Shown here piece after piece: positions 11,401-24,402 of a stretch of DNA of 64,000 nt (its first letter is position 1; each line of letters opens with the position of its first letter). The notes under the pieces were generated by a model. It had not been told where the DNA came from and made no database searches. It saw only the letters and a list, made by a program, of their open reading frames with translations. The position numbers and the translations under genes are program-made. Where the stretch lies: the NCBI RefSeq assembly GCF_006345805.1, contig NC_043006.1, positions 82,460,001-82,524,000 of the forward strand. Reading direction: 5' to 3'. Source of the stretch: Octopus sinensis (lineage: Eukaryota).

Positions 11401-12247
11401 TGAACAAAAATAAATAAAATAAACATTTTTTTTTTCAACAGAAGTCTTTGGAATATTTAATGTTCACTCCATTAGCTGGTTTGTTGAAACATTGTTTTTA
11501 ACCGTATAAATATTTTTGCACAGTAACCATTTTTATTGTTATTCAAGACTCAAAACGACCCAGGAAATAACAGGAAGAGACACTCACTACAATGGTGGCA
11601 ACAAAAGTCTCAGTAATGAAAATAAGCTTGTTCTCTCTCAATTATTTTCAAGCATGAAAATAGTGTGAAAATTAAACTGTGTTTCAAGTATAACCAGTTG
11701 TATTGTCAGATTAGAAAACACAGAAAAAGGAGTGCTGAGAATATTAATTCTAATAGAGAAAAACAAAACAATTCAACCATTTTGTTACCATACCTTTGTT
11801 TAAATACATTGCCTTTGTTTCAATTAACTTTGAACATAATGAAGAATTTAGTAAACTAAGGGAATATGTTGAAAATAAAGAGGAGGTTTGTTTTATAAAT
11901 AACAAAGAGAGATTTTCCATACTTTTGTAAAGGGAGTTGGAAAGAACTCTAGTCTTTTGTATTAGGTGTGCTCCCTCAAATAGTAGAGCATATGGAAATG
12001 TGTGCTTGTAGAAGTGTTGTTTGAGAGTCAGACAAAATGCCTTGCAGTATTTGTTTTGGTACTTTACATTTAGAGTTCAATTCCTGCTGAGGTTAACTTG
12101 ACTTTTCATCCTCCTGGGGGTCAATAAATTAAAGCATTAGTCAAGTGCTGGAGTCAGTTTAATCATCAATTTCATTTCCAAAATGTTTTGGTTTTGTACC
12201 TCAGTAGGAATTTCAAATAATTTTTAATAGGCATATGATAGCAAATT

Positions 12248-12249
<2 letters not shown>

Positions 12250-12332
<83 letters not shown>
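12250..12332. repeat. (GA)n microsatellite
   Basis: Long pure GA run; one example of dozens of (AT)n, (CA)n, (TATG)n, (TATC)n, (AAT)n and (GAT)n tracts. Confidence 0.95.
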
Positions 12333-12337
<5 letters not shown>

Positions 12338-12661
12338 GAGTATGTGGAGTCAATTTAATCTAATTTGGTGTTTAACTGGTACTATTTTATTGATGCCAGA
12401 AAGGTGAAAGATAATATCATCCCCAGTGGAATTTGAACATGAGGTTGAAATGTTGTAAAAGAAGGATTTAGTCAACTGAACTGACCCAGGTACATGAATG
12501 GTAAGCAAAGCAGGGTGATTCCAGTGGCAGCTGAACAATGAACTGCAAGATGATTAAACTCAATGTTATTGTAAATCACACAGTCTGATGCTTTGTTGTT
12601 TTTTACTTTAGTTATCTATCCACCTTAGACTGCCCCTGGTTCTGTGATACAAGCTGCCTGT

Positions 12662-13515
12662 TTTAACCCTTTAGCATTTAAACAGGCCATAGCTGGCCAA
12701 AATACTCTACTTGCTTTGTTTTATGTTCAAACTGACCAGATCTGACCTCTCACCTACCTTACAATGTCATTCTAAAGATAGACAGGTACATCATTGAAAT
12801 CTCAAAGGTACAAGATAGTGCATGTTTAATTCAGAACAATATGAATGAATAAGTATCTCCTCCTCCTCCTCCTCCTCTTCCTTCTCCCCCTCATCATCAT
12901 CATCGTTTAATGTCGGCTTTCCATGCTAGCATGGGTTGGACGATTTGACTGAGGACTGGCAAACCGGATGGCTGCACCAGGCTCCAATCTGATCTGGCAG
13001 AATTTCTACAGCTGCATGCTCTTCCTAATGCCAACTACTCCAAGAGTGTAGTAGGTGCTTTTACGTGCCACCGGCACAAGTACCAGTCAGGCAGTACTGG
13101 TAATGGCCACACTCAAATGGTGATTTTTACATGCCACCTGCACAGAAGCCAGTCCAGGGGCACTGGCAACGACCTAGCTCGAATGTTTTTTCACGTGCCA
13201 CTGGTACAGGTGCCAGTAAGGGAACTCTGGTAACAATCATGCTCCAATGGTGCTTTATATGTGCCACTGGCATGGAAGTCAGTCAGCTGCTCTGGCAATG
13301 ATCACGCTTGGATGATGCTCTTAGATCATCATATAATCTAAATACCAAAGATATAGATTTCAAACTTCGCATTAAAAGTTTTTCATGTAAATTTATGTTC
13401 CAAACACCAGCTTAATATAACAATTATTTTTACTAAATTCTTAATTATTTAAAAAATTAATTATAATAAAGGTGGTGTATTTCAACAAAAATATGGTAAT
13501 GAAAGCATTTCATAT
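12662..13515 (+). mobile_element. piggyBac-like MITE interrupted by an RTE-like element (12895-13325, minus)
   Basis: Starts TTAA-CCCTTTAG, degenerate right end ATATGGTAATGAAAG; related to 50640-51073. Confidence 0.5.
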
Positions 13516-13857
13516 AAATATTTGAGCCAATAAAACAATTTCTACATAGTTGAATGCTATGGATTTGAAGATCATGTTTGATTTTGAGCTGACTTGTGGC
13601 TAAACAACAGCAATGACATCAATATCACTGAGAGAATCTTCTTGATGAGACCGGAAACTGTAGGAAAGCAGGTCATTGTATCTCATTTGTGATCTAATAG
13701 CTCTTCCAAGCACTTTAACTATAGGAAAGGTGCAATACGCAGTACAAGATGCTGTTGTCCATAAGACTGATTTTAAAAGGTAAGATGCATTGATCTATAA
13801 AATCTATTTTGCTTGATGATATTGATAATATTTTGCCCTTTTATTAGAGTTACTCTC

Positions 13858-14240
13858 TCTTTTACTCTTTTACTTGTTTCAGTCATGTGACTGTGGCCAT
13901 GCTGGAGCACTGTCTTTAGTCGAGCAAATCAACCCCAGGACTTATTCTTTGTAAGCCTAGTACTTATTCTATTGGTCTCTTTTTGCTGAACTGCTAAGTT
14001 ACGGGGGCGTAAACACACTAGCATCGGTTGTCAAGCGATGTTGGGGGAACAAACACAGACACACAAACATATACACACATACATATATACACATATACAC
14101 GATGGGCTTCTTTCAATTTCCGTCTACCAAATCCACTCATAAGGCTTTGGTTGGCCCGAGGCTATAGTAGAAGACACTTGCCCAAGGTGCCATGCAGTGG
14201 GACTGAACCCGGAACCATGTGGTTGGTAAGCAAGCTACTT
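13858..14240 (-). mobile_element. Full-length OK-like SINE
   Basis: Reverse-complement match to 4886-5280. Confidence 0.9.
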
Positions 14241-15039
14241 ACCACACAGCCACTCCTACACCTATAGTTCTGAACAATGATATTTGAACCATGGTTTTGT
14301 TTTAAGGATCAAGGCTAGAAGATATTGCCACTTGCTATGAGTCCTGGTAGGGTTGTTATTAGACATCCTTCCAAGTCTTGGTGCACTATATCGCCTCTCT
14401 GACATATTCTACATACCGTTTTGTGTTTGCTACATTAAGAGGATGAGCTATTTAACCATTAACCACTTTCAGAAGAAGAATAACTTAATTGAAGAGTAAA
14501 CATGGTTAGGATGTTGTCTCTGTGCTGATAATGAATCATTTAATAGCATATTCTGAGGAAGAATTCCAAGCATTATGCAAGCTGTCTCTCTCTTGATTCA
14601 CAGTATCTGTTTGGATGGATTAAAATGCCGTTGTGGTCCTGAATATACTTGCTTTATCTAGTACACACTTACTGTATCTAGTACATCTTAGAATTACCAG
14701 CAACTAAGACAAGGCATCTAGATATAGAGGTCAATAGTAGCTAGCAGCTTCCAATGAACATATACTTATAAGTACTGGTGTCATGTGAAAACAAAAAGGC
14801 ATCTAGTACACTTTGTAAATGGTTAGTGTTAGGATGGGTACCCAGCCATGAAAACCATACCAAAGTAGATATTGGAACTTGATACAATTCTCTGTCTCAT
14901 ATGACGAGCTTCTCTCAGTTTCTCTTACCTAATCCATTCACAAGGCCTTGGTTGGCCCTGGGCTATATTTGAAGACGTTTACCAATGGTTGCATGCAGTG
15001 GGACTGAATCCGAGACCATGTGGTTGGGAAACAAGAGAG

Positions 15040-15135
15040 GGAACAACAAGCAGGTGTATTAATTTGATGCCCAAGAAGAATGGAAAAATCTTTGACATTT
15101 TGAGTCTAGGCTCTTCAACAGAAAGGGATGAGAGG
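15040..15135 (-). repeat. Short repeat with a decayed HHR-like motif (related fragment at 40620-40715, plus)
   Basis: CTTT-CTGTTGA-A-GAGC(CTAG)ACTC-AAAA-TGTC-AAAG. Confidence 0.45.
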
Positions 15136-15591
15136 AAAAAAAATGGAGTGAGTATATATATATATATATATTTATGCTCGCTCCATTCTCCATTTCTTTT
15201 ACATATATATATCTATATCTATATATAATATATATAACCAAGAAAAAAGCAACAAGAATGGATCAGTAGATTAGTACAATTGTTTCATACTATAAACATT
15301 TTATTTCAAGCTGCAAATATTACAGCAAATATAATGTCAAGTATTCATCAGCTAAATCACATATAGGTTTTCCAAATATCTTAGAGAGTGTAAATATCCT
15401 TATGAAGTTATAGGAGTGAGTTCCATGAATTTGAAGTAAGATTCCAAGCAGACTATATATGTTTTCCAACAATACAAAGATTTTAAATTGATTATTAACA
15501 TCCCAGAGAAGATAAATCCACTCATAAAGATGTGGGTATAAGTTCTAAGAGACATGAGGAAAGATACTGGTCATACCACGGTTAAGTTCGC

Positions 15592-15622
<31 letters not shown>

Positions 15623-15629
15623 ATACTTA

Positions 15630-15993
15630 AGAAGGTGAATGAATTATCCTAGTATGGATAATTCGGTTAACCGATACCTGGGTAGCAAATTCACATCAGA
15701 AAACACGGTTGAAGCTATATGCCAAGGGCAGGGATCCTGTGTTCTCGTGTGTAAATTGTGTGTTTTTTTTTAACTATGAATAAATGAAAGAATGGAGTCA
15801 AACGACGATTTAAACAAAATTCCTTTACTCTCAACACATGTTTCGAAGGCTGCATATTCCTAATTCTGAAGGAATAAAGGGTGCATTATGCCGCCTTTAT
15901 TCCTTCAGAATTAGGAATATGCAGCCTTCGAAACATGTGTTGAGAGTAAAGGAATTTTGTTTAAATCGTCGTTTGACTCCATTCTTTCATTTA

Positions 15994-15999
<6 letters not shown>
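15630..15999. mobile_element. PLE-type repeat ending in a 106-bp-arm palindrome (15775-15880 / 15894-15999)
   Basis: Arms read as exact reverse complements with a 13-nt spacer; same family as 23793-24365; (AT)n on both sides. Confidence 0.8.
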
Positions 16000-16061
<62 letters not shown>

Positions 16062-16115
16062 TATCTATATATCCATATATATATATACTTTATTTAAAGC
16101 AGCAGAAAATTCAAC

Positions 16116-16162
16116 AAAATCTGTTACTCTGAGTTTCTCGTTGCCGTTCATCAGACAGTTTT
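16116..16162 (-). ncRNA. Minimal type I hammerhead ribozyme motif
   Basis: AAAACTGT-CTGATGA-A-CG(GCAA)CG-A-GAAA-CTCAGAG-TA^ACAGATTTT; predicted GUA cleavage between 16125 and 16124. Confidence 0.7.
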
Positions 16163-17309
16163 TGTTAGAATGGAACCGATATATCAATTCAATCCAGACT
16201 CTTACAAACGCTACACCTTTAAAAAATGGACTTGTTTGATTGGCCCTTTAGAAATAATGGTCAATCTTCGAGCGATAAACAAAAAATGGGCTCAAAAATA
16301 TATATGTATATATATATAAAAAAATTTTAAAAATTATAAAATTCGAGGAAAAACCTTACGTTGGATAAAATACATATTGACGTTAATGAAGGAAATATAA
16401 TTAATACATGGAAATTAAAATGCATTATAAATATTACACTGCAATACATATTCATATTAAAGTGTACATATATATATATCAACATACATAGAAGGATGCG
16501 TGCAAATGCCATACATATACAGACATAAATATAAATATAAAATATACACACAAATGCATGCATACATATGTATACGCAATCTATCTCGCACGCAAGTTAA
16601 AATCCTAGATGTTAATGTAGCGTTCCTTATTTACGGAGCAAAGCTTAAGTGAGGGGGACGTTAAGTTGTATGTACCAGTATCAGTTAGAGAAAAAAATGA
16701 AAGAAAGGAAGAGAGAGAAAAAGGAACGAAGAAGGGGGAAGGAAAAAAGAAAAAGGAGGGGTGGGGAAAAAACGAAATAAGAAAAATTATGTATACAAGC
16801 TGTATAACCACGTTATTGACATATATAGAGAGACAAGTATACAAACACACAAGTTCAAATGGATACATACACATACAGTCGTGTATGTGTGTGCTTAAGC
16901 ACAAACATACACTCGCTTACACATACACAGAGACGCATGCTTAAAAATACATATCCATGGCTATACACATATTTACATCAAAATTCTAATTTTTGACAAC
17001 ATTGCTTTTTTAAAAAAGGTGAGTGCAATAATGAAAATATACGAAAGACATATAAAACATAACACCCTATTTTGGATCATCTATAAATTAAAAATCAAAG
17101 TAATCCTATACAATAACATGAAATAAACAAAGCCGAAGGCTTTTCCTAAGGTATATGTAGAAATATAAACAAAATAAACAAAATATATGCATGAGACTTT
17201 GCTATATGGAATGAAATCTGCATAGCGCGAAACAAATCCATCGTCGCGTTTACATACTAGTCCAAGAGTCAAAATCAAAATTTCAAAAATCAAAAATACA
17301 AAATATATA

Positions 17310-18112
17310 CTCTATCCATATGGTATATTTATATTTGACATTTTAAATTTGGTTGCGTGTCTACATAAGTTAATCAGCTCACTTCTTTGATTCAAAGAAT
17401 TATTGTCTTTGAATAAAATATAGTTTCTCTAATAGGCAAAGATTGCATTTAAAATTATTCCTGTGTGCTCCATGCCTGTATGGTGCCGCTCTGTCCAGAA
17501 TGCTCCATGTCACGTTGAAAGGTGGGGTTTCCTTTTCTTTTAGTTCCCAGACATATTTTGCTAGGTTGGTCCTCTTCCTATTCTCTGGGTATCTAAATGA
17601 ATTTTTATGCGAATAAAATCGTGTTTTAAACGAATTTTCTGAAGCCCCTGTATATGTCTTGTATTCCGATGAGCCTTCTATTTGTACCTTGGCTCTATAA
17701 ACTACTCCTTTTACTAGACATTTCCCTTCCAACGGACAGGAGTTTTCATTTTTGCAATTGCATTTCTTAATGGGCTCGGCCCCATGTTTAATCTCAATCA
17801 GATTCCTATTATGCTGGCTAATGTAAGAGGCGAAATTTCTGCAACAAGAATAGCTAACCTTCAGGGTTCTTCTATTAAATATCCTATAGAATTTATGGCC
17901 CTGCTTAAAATGCTTAGAGACTAATCTCAAAAATTCCTTACCTATATTAGTCTTTACGGCCAAATTGAAAGCCAGGTTGAACCACAAAACTTTCCTGGTC
18001 CTAGTTCTTCGTGCAGCATTATTATCAGCATTAAGCTGGCTGTATTGGATCTTCTCAGAGAATCCACTATTCTTTAATGCGCTATCGCAATAAGGTGCAG
18101 CATTATGGAATG
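17310..18112 (-). mobile_element. 5'-truncated Penelope-like element with RT C-terminus and GIY-YIG endonuclease
   Basis: Open frame ~17400-18112: ALKNSGFSEKIQY...RKVLWFNLAFNLAVKTNIGKEFL...CNCKNENSCPLEGKCLVKGVVYRAKV...YTGASENSFKTRFYSH...CNLCLLEK, then frameshifted LNQRSELINLCRH. Confidence 0.92.
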
Positions 18113-18828
18113 TGTATGTGTGTGTGTGTGTGTGTGTGTATACACATACATATATTTATGTATAGGACAGTAACACTAATACTATTTTTGGTAGTGGTTG
18201 TTGTTCGATGCTAACTCTTATAGAAACAAACAAAAAAGAAAAACATACAAGAAACCCTCCTTTTGGTTTAATTCTAACAGAATTTACAAAAAAAAAAGAA
18301 AAAAGTACATATGGAAAAGTAGTTTGATGAGGCTGTTGTAATTGGGTTTCATTTATATTGCAAAACGAAATAAGTCATTTTCATAATGGTAAATCAATGT
18401 ATTTCAAACACACAGATGCATGCATGTGCACCCCGCCCCACCACACACACACATGCAATAAGGTCTTCTCTTTCACTGGTGTTTGTTTAGAACCTGATCA
18501 GGAAATTTTCTGATTCCTTTACAAAAGAATACTTTGGTTCTGTGGTAAGAAATTTGCTTCCAAGCCACTTGATTTTGGGTTTAGTCCCATTACGGGGCAT
18601 TTTGGGTGAGTGTCTTCTGTTGTAGCTTTGGGCTGACCAAAGCCTTTGTGAGAGGATTTGGTAGACGGAAACTGAAAGAAGACCATCATAAGTATGTATA
18701 CATATGTATGTATGTATGAATGTATGTATGTATGTATGTATGTATGTATGTATGTATGTATGTATGTATGTATCTATCTATCTATCTACATACATACATA
18801 TATGTGTGTATATATATATATACATATA

Positions 18829-18874
<46 letters not shown>

Positions 18875-18876
18875 TT

Positions 18877-18909
<33 letters not shown>

Positions 18910-18951
18910 CATACATATATATATATATATACACATACATACATACATACA

Positions 18952-18987
<36 letters not shown>

Positions 18988-19049
18988 TATATATCATCAT
19001 CATCATCATCATCATCATCATAAACGATGATGATGATGATGATGATGAT

Positions 19050-19335
19050 GATATATATCGGTGTCATGCAAATTGGCACCCGTGTCAGTGGCATGTAAAA
19101 CCACCCAGGTGTCATTGTCATGCAGATGACATCTGTGCTGGTGGCATGTAAAAGCACCCAGTACACTTTTGGAGTGGTTGGCATTAGGAAGGGCATCCAG
19201 CTGTAGAAAACCATGCCAAATCAGACTGGAGGCTGGTGCAGCCTTCCAGCATGCCATCCCTGTCAGACCATCCAACTCATACCAGCGTGGACAACGGACG
19301 TTAAATGTTGATGGTGATGATTATGATGATGATGA
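19050..19335 (+). mobile_element. RTE-like (GAT)n-tailed element, truncated
   Basis: Family core plus two units; lies inside a split OK-like SINE (18530-18690 / 19360-19570). Confidence 0.7.
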
Positions 19336-19864
19336 TGACACATATATGTACGCGTATGTATCTTTGTGTCTGTGTTTGCCCCTCACTACCACTTGACTAC
19401 CAGTGTTGGTTTGTTTACGTCCCCATAACCTAGCAGTTTGGCAAAAGAGAACAACAGAATAAGTAACCAGGCTTCAAAGACAGTGAGTACTGGGGTTGAT
19501 CCGTTTGACTAAAATTCTTCAAGGTCACACCCCAGCAAGGCCAGAGTCTGATGTACTGAAAGAAGCAAAGGAGTATGTTTTCTTTCCTTCCTTTGCGGTT
19601 CATGTTGCAGTGAACAACAATAACAACCACATCCATAATAACTACAGAACTAAACAAAACAATTACTGAGACTGAGAGATAAAGAGAGAGAGAGAGAGAA
19701 GAATATAGTGGGAGAGAGCAAGAATGGGAGAGATGTAAAAAGAGGAAGGAATAAGGAGAGAGTAAAAGAGAGAGAGCATTAGAGAGAAAGACACATATGA
19801 AGGGGAAATGAATGAAAGAGAAAGACACCTGCGAATGCACACACACTAACGCATGCATGTATTC

Positions 19865-19923
<59 letters not shown>

Positions 19924-19924
19924 T

Positions 19925-20098
19925 AAATTAGAGACAAAACCACTATTATGCAAATCAAACAAAGAAAGACTTAAGCCAATACATAAAATAATTTATATAA
20001 CTTAAATTTAATTAAATTTAATTTATATAAATTATTTTATGTATTGGCTTAAGTCTTTCTTTGTTTGATTTGCATAATAGTGGTTTTGTCTCTAATTT
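19925..20098. repeat. 174-bp spacerless palindrome
   Basis: Centre 20011/20012 (AAATTTAATTAAATTT); arms are near-perfect reverse complements. Confidence 0.9.
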
Positions 20099-22517
20099 AT
20101 TATAATATAATATTTTACTATAAAATTGGATTCAATCCTAAATCTGATTTTTCCCTGTAAATTTGGATTTATTCCATAATATTTATTATTATTTTATGTA
20201 TATATACACACACACATACACACACACATATACATATATATTTATATACACACACACACACTCACTCACACACACATACACACACACACATACACATATA
20301 CATATATATATATATATCGTGCATCCCATGCTAGGACGGAAAGTGGATGTTTATTAATAATGAATATGAAATATATATACATATAAAGAGAGAGGGAGAG
20401 AGATAGAGAGAAAAAGAGAGGGAGAGAGAGAATGAGAGAAAGACAGACAGAAAGAGAGAGACAGAGAGAGAGAAAGGTAGAGAGATAAAGGAGGAGAGAT
20501 ATAAAGGGAGACCAAGTTAAAGAGAAGTGAGAGGGAGAGAGAGAGATAGAAAGGGAGACTGAGAATGAGAGAGAGAGAGAGAGAGAGAGTAAGAGAGGCA
20601 TATATAAAGAAAGAGAGCCTGTAAGGGAATCAAACTAAAGGAATGCAACACAAAAGACAAAATTCCTGCACTTACTGTGGCACAATGTAAGGGGGGTGCC
20701 ATCCTGTTATATTTAGGTATATGTAAACGCCCTGAAAACATCATTTACTTCATGGCTATTGTTGAATGTCTTTTGTTTTAATTTTCTTTCATAAGAACAA
20801 GAAAAGAAATTTTTTATGTCTTGTTTAGTTTTTACCTTTTTTTTTAAAATTAAAATTTTTTTTTTTTACTGTAATCTATTCCTTTTGCTCTTTCATTGAA
20901 AAATATTTAAAGAAGAGATATACAACTCCTTCTGGTTGTGGAATAAGGAGAAAACAACGAAATAAATGTTTAGTTAATTTTACCTTGGTTCATATTAGGT
21001 TAGTTGGTATAAACCGATTTCTTTGGTTTGGGATTACAACTAATATGTAAAGCTTATTTTGATAAACCTGTCATATTTTTTGACTGACCTACATTTAATC
21101 AAACTGTTACTGTTGCCATTGGCCATTGACACAGAATCAAGGAGCCTCAATGTGATTGCTAGACTTGCCTGAAATAATAGCTAAATTTCTTCAAAACAAC
21201 CACTGCTATCTTAAAACAGTAAAGGTGTATTGGGCAATGTTGTTCTGAATATATAAAGAGATGGTATGGTCAAAACAAGAATAAATGCCTTTGATCATAT
21301 ATTTGCTAGGCCCAGGGTTTTAAAAAAATCAGTCAATTGAATAACTAACCAATTCACTAACCAACCAACCAACTTATAAAAAAGTTTTGTTTTTTTTGTC
21401 TTTATCAAACTTTTGTTGAATCTTGTAACTTATTTATTTCAGATTTCCACAAAAGGTCATCTAAGGAAGCTCCTTATAAGGCCACTTCAAGTCAGTAAGG
21501 GAGCTTAAGCCACTGATGGTGTCAATAAGGAAATGTCTATGCAATTACTCCAAGCGCAATGAGTGAACCTCCATGAAGCTGTTCTGAGCCAAATGAAAGA
21601 GCCTATCTGTAATTATTCAGAACCAATAAGGGAACCCCTTATATTTGCTCTGGGCCAACAAAAAAAGCTCCTTCTCTGTAGTCCTCAACCTTTTTTGACT
21701 TTGTGGTGCACTGGAGATCTTTAAAACAAAATTTGCTGGTGTATTTTGCTTTGAAAATTAGAAATTACTGGTACAAAACTGGTGTTTTATTAATCATACA
21801 AAGTTATTGAATAACTCCATTTCTAAGTTGGTCAACTATTAGAATGGATTATCTAAAGTCTTGAATTATATTCTAACACATCAACAGTACACCAAGTTGA
21901 ACATTGTAGCACACTAATACACAACAGTGCAATTAGATGCACTGCAGCATACCATTAAAGAATCACTGCCTTATGCATTTGCTCTGAAGCAGTGGCCAGC
22001 AACATGAAAGATTTTGTAAAGCTAATATATAAACCCGTAAGTGGTCATTCTAACCAACAGAAGTTATAGCAAAACCTCTCTTTAAATCACACTCATTACA
22101 ATCATTAAAAAGTAAAGATATATTAATCAAGCAATTCAGTCCCAGATACACTAGGTATGGCAAAAAGAAAAAAAAAGTTGGTGGGGAATGGATGGTTACT
22201 ATCAAAACCCTTTTATTCATAGATCTGAGAGATCAGTAGTGACCTGAGATTAAATGAAAATATCTTGTTTATTCCTGTATAGCATGATGATTACTTATAA
22301 AGCAGCAGAATTATTATATTTTACAAGATATTCCACTGGTTCTTCAAGATTGTAATCTATTGGTTACATCCATTGGAAAAGTATGCAGACTCTAACGGGT
22401 TGATGGGAGAGTATATCATCTTTATGTAATATGTACAAACATACATGCATCCCCACCTCAAATACATGCACATACATGTTCTCACACACACATATATGCA
22501 TGTAGCTCTCTCTTTCT

Positions 22518-22897
22518 CATTTACTCTTTTACTTGTTTCAGTCATTCGACTGCGGCCATGCTGGAGCACCAACTTTAGTCGAGCAAATCGACCCCGGGAC
22601 TTATTCTTTGTAAGCCTAGTACTTATTCTATCGGTCTCTTTTGCCGAACCGCTAAGTTATGGGAATGTACACGTATCAGCATTGGTTGTCAAGCGATGTT
22701 GGTGGGGACAAACACACACACACATATATATACATATATACGATGGGCTTCTTTCAGTTTCCGTCTACCAAATCCACTCACAAGGCTTTGGTCGGCCTGA
22801 GGCTATAGTAGAAGACACTTGCCCAAGGTGCCACGCAGTGGGACTGAACCCGGAATCATGTGGTTGGTAAGCAGGCTACTTACCACACAGCCACTCT
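22518..22897 (-). mobile_element. Full-length OK-like SINE
   Basis: Reverse-complement match to the family. Confidence 0.9.
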
Positions 22898-23136
22898 TAT
22901 AGATAGACACTATCTATATATAAAGTACATATATATATATATGGATACTAAATGATGGTGATGATGATGATGATGATGATGATGACGATGACGATGACAA
23001 AGATGATGGTTATGATGATGATGGTGGTGGTGATGATGCCTTTTATTGAGTGAACACTCAGGAAATAGAGAAAAACTCAATACTCCTGGTAGAGCTTGAT
23101 GTCATCGTTATACAGTACTTTAGATATACAAATGTA

Positions 23137-23224
23137 CTACTTAAGTTTCATGAAAGGCAGTTTATTTGCACTTTATACTGAAAGCGAGGAGTGCAAATAA
23201 CTGCCGTTCATGAAACTTAAGTAG
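23137..23224. repeat. Short inverted repeat (~35-bp arms, 17-nt spacer)
   Basis: CTACTTAAGTTTCATGAA...ATTTGCACT / AGTGCAAAT...TTCATGAAACTTAAGTAG. Confidence 0.85.
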
Positions 23225-23752
23225 GATGCTTGAATATCTTAGTCATATTACAAAAGTCATTTTTATATATTAAAAATATATGTGTGTGTGTATTATTAAG
23301 ATATACAAATATGCTACTAAAATATGTATGTTTATATTTATATCAATGAATATGATAGTTGTACAATGTTACGTAAAGCACCTAAGGTACCATACATTGA
23401 AATCAAGTTCTTTAGCCAGAAAATAAACTTCTCAACCAAAGAGCCATGCAAGTTACCAGACTGATATGATACATATTGCATATGTGACAGCATATTTTAT
23501 GTGCCAGTGGCATGTAAAATGTGCCATCCGAACGTGGCTGATGCCAGCGTCACCTGACTGATGTCCGTGTCGGTAACTCGTAAAAAGCACCATAGACACA
23601 CAAACATATACACACACATACATATATATATACATATATACGATGGTCTTCTTTCAGTTTCTGTCTACCAAATCCACTCATAAGGCTTTGGTCAGCCCGA
23701 GGCTATAGTAGAAGATACTTGCCCAAGATATATTTATATATATAATATATAT

Positions 23753-23798
<46 letters not shown>

Positions 23799-23847
23799 TA
23801 TAAAATTTATGAATAAATGAGAAAATGGAGTTGAACGACAAATTAAC

Positions 23848-23953
23848 AAATTTCCTTTATTTTCGACATATGTTTCGAAGGCTGCATATTCCTAATTGTG
23901 AAGGAATAAGGAGTACATTATGCCACTTTCTCATCAGGAAAAACAAGGAATTT
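23848..23953 (-). ncRNA. Mirror hammerhead ribozyme in the left arm
   Basis: TCATCAG at 23931-23937; same fold on the minus strand. Confidence 0.75.
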
Positions 23954-24065
23954 ATGTCAACATCAAGATTCACAAAATCTTTTAGATGACTGCTCTCTCA
24001 TATTATCGCTATGCGCTCCGTGAGAGCAGTCATCTAAAAGTTTTTGTGAATCTTGATGTTGACAT

Positions 24066-24171
24066 AAATTCCTTGTTTTTTCTGATGAGAAAGCGGCATA
24101 ATGTACTCCTTATTCCTTCACAATTAGGAATATGCAGCCTTCGAAACATATGTCGAAAATAAAGGAAATTT
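24066..24171 (+). ncRNA. Type I hammerhead ribozyme, canonical core
   Basis: CTGATGA 24082-24088; stem II GAAAGCGGCATA/TATGCAGCCTTC; GAAA 24143-24146; C(ATAT)GTC^ with cleavage after 24154; stem I CCTTGTTTTTT/GAAAATAAAGG. Confidence 0.75.
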
Positions 24172-24364
24172 GTTAATTTGTCGTTCAACTCCATTTTCTC
24201 ATTTATTCATAAATTTTATAAAAATACACACAAATTTCCACACGAAAACATGTAGTCTCTGCTCTAGGCATGTAACTTCAACCGTGTTATTTCTGATGTG
24301 AATTTGCTACCCAGGTATCGGTTAAACGAATTATCCATAAAAAGATATTTCATTTTTCTACTCA

Positions 24365-24401
<37 letters not shown>

Positions 24402-24402
<1 letters not shown>

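Larger units (their letters stand above)
23793..24365. mobile_element. PLE-type element: 205-bp inverted arms (23793-23997 / 24022-24226) plus unique flank
   Basis: Near-perfect arms, 24-nt spacer; 24230-24345 is the reverse complement of ~15650-15770; (AT)n on both sides. Confidence 0.85.

Noticed and set aside
13725-13780. Plus-strand exon-like segment with GTAAGA donor
   Set aside because: Lies in an old dispersed repeat related to 21110-21300.
17185-17250. HHR-like GCTAT/ATAGC stem followed by GAAA
   Set aside because: No valid 5' core or stem I.
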